From assembly GCF_006345805.1 (NCBI RefSeq), contig NW_021825682.1, positions 1 to 14,779 of the forward strand: a stretch of DNA of 14,779 bases, in the 5' to 3' direction. Below, in pieces: positions 10,587-14,779 of the stretch; the first letter of the stretch is position 1, and the number at the start of each line of letters is the position of its first letter. A program made the position numbers and the translations under genes. Source of the stretch: Octopus sinensis (Eukaryota). The notes under the pieces were generated by a model. It searched no databases. It had not been told where the DNA came from and was given only the letters and a program-made list of their open reading frames with translations.

Positions 10587-11139
10587 GCCCTGATGCAGTA
10601 CCAGGCAGTGGCTTTCATGGCTTCTGATCTTAACTGATTGGAAGTGTTATCATGTACATTGTTTTGCCTTGGTATAAAAGATGGGCTACAGCAAATATTC
10701 TGCTCAAAACCACAGATTTGCGTGTCAGTTGTTTGACCGTAACCAGTTGAGCGCGACCCTTAGTGGTTGACAATATGTGCATCTCTGATCACGAGCAGAA
10801 GTAGTGCGGGAGCATCATAGCCATGTTCTGAGAGAATTCTTGGAGGTTTGGATAATTCATATATAGAAACATGGGTGTTTTACTCAACATCCTTAAACAA
10901 ACCTTAGACATGGACCTTTTCAGCGGGATGGGTTACTCGATCTGAAGAAAATTCTAACTGGGCTCCACCTGCAAGGTCATGTGCTGTTTATCTTGATATG
11001 AGATCACCATGTCGCGCACATATGGTTGTGATGCATGTACCTGGTGTACCCTTATCAGACGGGTAGTCATGATGAGTATTCTGGGCTTCGTATATTTTAC
11101 CCCAGTGTCACTTTGATGGCATGCTCTGCTCGCTCACTC
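10587..11139 (+). mobile_element. Non-coding interspersed element E, copy 2 (553 bp, the longest copy here)
   Basis: Starts gccctgatgcagtaccaggc, contains the whole E1 sequence plus ~80 nt more at the 5' side, ends ..ctcactc then (AAT)n. Confidence 0.8.

Positions 11140-11168
<29 letters not shown>
11140..11168 (+). repeat. (AAT)n tail/target tract
   Basis: Perfect aat repeat. Confidence 0.95.
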
Positions 11169-11171
<3 letters not shown>

Positions 11172-11514
11172 CAATAACGTGTCTTTAAAAGAAATGGAGA
11201 AAGTTTCAAAATACAAAGACCTGGAAATAGAGGTAACCAGAATGTGGAATCTAAGAACAGAAACAATTCCTATCATAGTAGGTGCATTAGGCATGATAAA
11301 AAAATATTCAGACAAATACATAACAAAAACACCAGGACTTACAAACACATATAACATACAGAAAATTGCACTACTAGCGCTGCACACATCCTACGCAAAA
11401 CACTTTCCATACAATAACCATCAGAGCATCACAACAAATCACAGCACATACCCAAGGCACACAGAGCTGTGCTCGGTAGCGAAGTGAAAGCACGATATAA
11501 AAAATATACTACTG
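11167..11514 (+). mobile_element. Short 3' fragment of family B (copy 2): RLE C-terminus and 3' UTR
   Basis: DNNVSLKEMEKVSKYKDLEIEVTRMWNLRTETIPIIVGALG; colinear with ~2143-2480. Confidence 0.93.
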
Positions 11515-11539
11515 AATAATAATAATAACAATAATAGTA

Positions 11540-11581
<42 letters not shown>

Positions 11582-11634
11582 TTAATAAATAATATAATAA
11601 TAATAATATGATGAGATGATGACGATGATGATGA
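11515..11634 (+). repeat. Compound (AAT)n/(GAT)n tract
   Basis: aat repeat with aac/agt variants, switching to gat near 11609. Confidence 0.93.
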
Positions 11635-12054
11635 GAAGAAAAAAAATGCATTCTATTGAAGAAAATAATAATGAAGAAAAAAAATGCATTCTAATTGATG
11701 TATCAATACCGGCAGATGACAACGTGTCTCTAAAAGAAATGGAGAAACTCTCAAAATACAAAGACCTGAAATAGAGGTAACTAGGATGTGGAACCTGAAA
11801 ACAGAAACAATTCCTATCATATAGGTGCATTAGGCATGATAAAAAAATATTCAGACAAATACATAACAAAAACACCAAGACTTACAAACCATATATAACA
11901 TACAGAAAATTGCACTACTAGGCACTGCACACATCCTACGCAGAACACTTTCCATACAATAACCATCAGAGCATCACAACAAATCACAGCCATACCCAGG
12001 CACACAGAGCTGCGCTCGGTAGTGAAGTGAAAGCACGCTATAAAAATAAAACTA

Positions 12055-12057
<3 letters not shown>
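11635..12057 (+). mobile_element. Short 3' fragment of family B (copy 3) with duplicated 5' junction
   Basis: Colinear with ~2097-2480 (EEKKCILIDVSIPADDNVSLKEMEKLSKYKD..). The first ~25 nt occur twice (11635-11659 and 11673-11698). Confidence 0.92.
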
Positions 12058-12103
<46 letters not shown>

Positions 12104-12130
12104 TAATATAATAATAATAATAATAATAAT
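12058..12130 (+). repeat. (AAT)n tail tract, the last of the + strand array
   Basis: Near-perfect aat repeat. Confidence 0.95.
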
Positions 12131-12212
12131 GCACATATCGTCAGCCACTAAAGACATGCACAAACAACTGACAAGCAAATTTGTGGTATTGAGCAAAATA
12201 TTTGCTGTAGCC
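12129..12212 (-). mobile_element. Internal fragment of element E (copy 3), inverted
   Basis: Reverse complement reads ggctacagcaaatattttgctcaataccacaaatttgcttgtcagttgtttg..tagtggctgacgatatgtgcat, matching ~619-701 and ~10684-10782. Confidence 0.9.
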
Positions 12213-14081
12213 AAGATGTTTTTTCAGATTAGGTTATATTGAACTAATGCTCCGATGATAATTGTTTCCTTAGTTTGGGTTTCGATTTCAAGAGAAGTTT
12301 GAGGCACTTGAAATATGCAGTGGTGATCTTGTCTTTCATTTCTCTGTGCAAGATATTGTACAGCTCCAGGATCCCAAAGTACTTGTACCCATGAACATCC
12401 AGTCTTCCATGCTCTCTCCGTTTGGCAATTCTATACCCATACAGTTTACTCTTTTACTCCGCTTCAAATTAAGCACCGCACAGTTCGAGATCACGAATTC
12501 CATCCATGTAACATTACTGCACATTTTCACAGTCTTAACCAGCCTCTCCATTTCAGGCTCTGTTTTCGCGAACAGTTTTAAATCATCCATAAAGAGAAGG
12601 TGGTTGAGGCTAGGTTAGTTCTTTCTCATAGTGCACGTTGATTTTACGTAGGACTACAGGAAGTGGGATCAAGGCTATAATAAATACCAGAGGTGAAGAA
12701 GAGTCGCATTGGAAGATACCCCTTATCACTGTTACTTCGGCTAATTGCTGGTTGTTTCAGAAAAGACGTGTTTTCCAACTAGACATAATGTTCTGAATAC
12801 AACTAGACATACACGTTCTGAGCTATTCCACACATGTCGAGTGTTTCCAAAATCCACGAATGCAGCAATATGTCGTAAGCCTTTTTAAAGTCTATCCAGG
12901 CCATACAAAAGTTTTTGTTGGGATACCGTTTGCAGTTGTTCATTACATCCTTGTCTATCACAAGGTGGTCCTTTGTGCTCTTGGATCCTTTTCGGCATCC
13001 CTTTTGTTCTACTGGCAGAAGATTGTTTTCTGCAAGGAACGTATATATTTTCCCTGCGAGGGTACCTGTTAATAATTTCCATAGGGGGTTAAGACAAGAA
13101 ATGGGTCAGTAATTGCCAACCTCATTGCTCTTTGACCGATCTTTCATCAACAATGTTGTTCTTCTCTTTACCATCCACTCCGGAACTGTGACGCTCTGTA
13201 GGCAATCGTCTAATTGCAACGCAATTCTCTAGTGTATTGGCCTAAACTACTTGAGCCAGTAGCCTTGAATTTCCTCTTGTCCTGCTGCTTTCCAGTTAGC
13301 CAGTTTTGAAACCTTTGCAATGAAATCTCCCTTTGTTATGCGCGCATTGTCCTGGCGTGGAGCTTCTGAGTGATGGAGTTCGGATCTCACAGGATGAATC
13401 CACTCAACTCTGTGGTTGTGCGAAACTTCTTGCCCCCTGTTGTTATTCCAAAATTCGCGTTCCGTCTGCTTCGGGAGGTATATTATCTTCCTTGTTTCCT
13501 CCTAAGCTCTTCAAAAACTGCCTCTGGTTATTTGAAAATAATCGGTTTTGCTGAAACAACTGCGATATGTGTTGCACCTTTAATATTTTAGCCCGCACAC
13601 GTTGTTTTAGGGTTTCGATGACAGTTTTGAATCCTTTCTTTTCTATTTGGTATTTCGCATCAAGCTATTCCCTTGCACTTCCTTTTCCATTTTTCCATTG
13701 CCCTTTTGACCACTTTTCTATGCGGCTCAGATCAGCTTCAATTCTCCGCTTCCACGATGGTTCCTTCTGTCCGTCTACTTTTCTCTCTTTCTTTCCAACC
13801 AGTTGAACTTCTAAAATTGAAGCGGATCTGATCAACTCCTTTGTTTCCGTTAGATCTTTTGTCAGAATGTGTTTCAGAATCTCATCAACGTTTTGGGTCG
13901 CGCGTTTTACATTGTTACGGTCGAAGCTTCTTAGATTCACCGGCCTGGTCTCTGCTGTAGTAATTATTATATCTTCGAGTCTTTTCCTTAGGTTTCTCTG
14001 TCCCTTAGTCATATCCTCTCTTATTTTAGGATTTTCTACATTATATAAATTCACCTTGCCTACACATTCGCTGATCTTCAT
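12213..14081 (-). mobile_element. Degenerate R4/Dong-like element (family F), minus strand: pre-RT region and RT, 3'-truncated in the thumb; no CCHC or RLE present
   Basis: Minus-strand reading gives KEPSWKRRIEADL; NWKAAG; PEWMV; EQKGCRKGSKSTKDHLVIDK; AWIDFKKAYD; GIFQCDSSSPLVFIIALIPL (12661-12720); LNHLLFMDDLKLFAK (~12563-12608); YKYFG/LGIL; EMKDKITTAYFKCLKLLLKSK. The 5' boundary is approximate. Confidence 0.88.
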
Positions 14082-14324
14082 CTACATTATTCTACTCGAG
14101 ATTCTCACCACTACAGAGGATTTTCCTGTTAGTGTGGAAGCCTTTATAATTGCAGTTATTTGATTTCATGCTGTTCTTTTTTCCTGTATTATACCTATTT
14201 GTTCACTGGGTGGAGAGGGTGTCAAACTTTGGTGTTTTTCGTTTCCGTATTATACATTTTGATCTTTTATGTTTACATATTTCATTAATATTCTTAATTT
14301 TTTTTCTGCAAATACACATATGCA

Positions 14325-14510
14325 CCCGTCCCTCGCACTCCAATCGCACCCGGCCTGCCACTAGGCCACCCTGCTTTTCTACTGTTCCACTGTTCAAACC
14401 AGCCAGCCGAGGAGCTGCCACGTCGACAAACCACCCCGACTGCCCGCCGTTCAGCCACCTTACTGCATCTTACCAATTCTTTATTTTCCCTCACCCCTCT
14501 CGATTAGCTT
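14325..14510. other. GC/CpG-rich patch of unknown identity upstream of element F (possible 5' UTR/promoter or unrelated repeat)
   Basis: Abrupt GC and CpG enrichment against AT-rich flanks; no recognisable coding motif. Confidence 0.4.
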
Positions 14511-14779
14511 TATGTTCTGTCAAATATTGTTTCCGTTTAATTCATTGCAGCATTAAATAGATGCTTTCCTAAAACACATAATACTACCATTTATTCAACA
14601 AACACACGTGAAATTATCGTGTGCAACATCTCACAACATGGAGTACTACATACACAAATACAACAACCAGAAATTGAACACACAAACAACGTCTACTGGT
14701 AGAGAACAAGCAAATCAAACTACACAGAATTTAACAAGAATAACCAAAATAAACAACAGATAGACTGCAAAATCTCACA

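Noticed and set aside
10587-10620. ctgatg near the start of E as a hammerhead ribozyme core
   Set aside because: It reads CTGATGC, not CTGATGA, and I found no correctly placed stem II/GAAA/stem III
11167-12057. B2 and B3 as a simple tandem duplication
   Set aside because: They have different 5' endpoints and reciprocal diagnostic differences (at several sites B3 matches B1 rather than B2), which favours independent insertions
578-12130. Target-site duplications for individual insertions
   Set aside because: Insertion within a simple repeat makes any TSD indistinguishable from the tract
13333-14560. Short + strand ORFs over element F and the right flank (and minus-strand ORFs over C and D)
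   Set aside because: They are antisense shadows of the retroelement frames or low-complexity sequence, with no recognisable motifs
14520-14779. Possible LTR with primer-binding site (..acaaca-tggagtac at ~14633-14646; AATAAA on the minus strand)
   Set aside because: There is no second LTR copy or gag/pol, and the sequence after TGG does not match a tRNA 3' end I recognise; left unannotated

Overview
Eukaryotic, AT-rich repetitive DNA with no recognisable host gene. The window is a stack of decayed non-LTR retrotransposons of the restriction-like-endonuclease type (RT, then CCHC knuckle, then PD-(D/E)xK nuclease; best fit is the R4/Dong clade). From 1 to ~12130 eight segments lie head-to-tail on the + strand, and all but one junction is an (AAT)n or (GAT)n tract. 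In order they are: a family A 3' end; non-coding element E1; a 5'-truncated family B copy; two near-full-length ~4 kb copies from different families (C and D); non-coding element E2; and two short family B 3' ends. Polarity flips at ~12130 to a minus-strand fragment of E joined to a minus-strand degenerate RT element (F), followed by an unassigned CpG-rich patch and AT-rich flank. The large copies (B1, C, D, F) and A carry stops, frameshifts or deletions; the rest are short or non-coding fragments. The layout fits the known TAA-microsatellite targeting of Dong elements, with each new (AAT)n tail serving as the next target. The most novel-looking parts are the ~550 bp non-coding passenger E (candidate non-autonomous Dong partner), a 3'-UTR stem-loop conserved in shape across divergent families, and structured or duplicated 5' junctions. 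A cephalopod or other invertebrate origin is only a guess from repeat style. All alignments were done by eye.
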